From a virus, in IMG/VR virus record IMGVR_UViG_3300042938_002732, positions 31,363-95,362 of that record: 64,000 nucleotides of DNA. The stretch is one strand, 5' to 3'. How positions within the stretch are numbered: position 1 is the stretch's first letter; every line of letters starts with the position of its first letter. This document shows positions 63,740 to 64,000 of this stretch, one piece after another. A model generated the notes under the pieces. That model did no database searches. It had not been told where the DNA came from and worked only from the letters and a program-made list of their open reading frames with translations. The position numbers and the translations under genes are program-made.

Positions 63740-64000
63740 CTTTGCTTATTACTATCGCGCCGCGCGCTAAAAGATTCGCGCCGCGCGCCGCGCCGCTTGC
63801 GCGCCGCTTTGCTTATTACTATCGCGCCGCGCGCTAAAAGATTCGCGCCGCGCGCCGCGCCGCTTGCGCGCCGCTTTGCTTATTACTATCGCGCCGCGCG
63901 CTAAAAGATTCGCGCCGCGCGCCGCGCCGCTTGCGCGCCGCTTTGCTTATTACTATCGCGCCGCGCGCTAAAAGATTCGCGCCGCGCGCCGCGCCGCTTG
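63740..64000. repeat. Perfect 67-bp tandem repeat, at least 3.9 copies, truncated by the window end
   Basis: Unit starts CTTTGCTTATTACTATCGCG at 63740, 63807, 63874 and 63941. Confidence 0.95.

Larger units (their letters stand above)
1..64000. mobile_element. Temperate tailed bacteriophage genome fragment (excised/attP form)
   Basis: Tail, lysis, integrase, primase and terminase modules with dense small ORFs; a partial tRNA att core has phage genes on both sides; no host housekeeping genes. Confidence 0.93.

Noticed and set aside
63740-64000. CRISPR array
   Set aside because: Units are identical end to end with no unique spacers, and no cas genes are present

Overview
The whole window looks like about 64 kb of one temperate tailed phage genome in its excised (attP-intact) form; no host genes are recognisable. 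Plus strand 1-27.4 kb: end of the tape measure gene, a heavily duplicated tail/baseplate module, two large RCC1-repeat plus Ig-like adhesin/fibre genes, a compositionally distinct fibre module, holin and M15 endolysin. 27.4-30.3 kb: five small ribbon-helix-helix (RHH) regulators, a putative excisionase, a tyrosine integrase and an attP whose core is the 3' half of tRNA-Val(GAC). 30.3-39.6 kb: HTH protein, DnaG-type primase, an apparently split replication ATPase, an ori/cos-like intergenic region, and lambda Nu1/GpA-type terminase. Minus strand 39.7-63.7 kb: an early/accessory arm with LuxR-type HTH, SNF2 helicase, ParB, a minimal ATP-dependent ligase, a beta-clamp-like protein and many small ORFs. 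The most notable element is a complete phage-encoded ubiquitin-like conjugation cassette (Ubl, E2-like, ThiF/E1, two duplicated acidic proteins, JAB protease), whose Ubl ends in Lys-Ala-Ala rather than Gly. A 17-bp palindrome marks many early gene starts and GTTGAC-N15-18-ATG marks late gene starts. A perfect 67-bp tandem repeat runs off the right end. A Verrucomicrobia-like host is an inference from domain content only. All calls come from reading motifs by eye; no database search was run.
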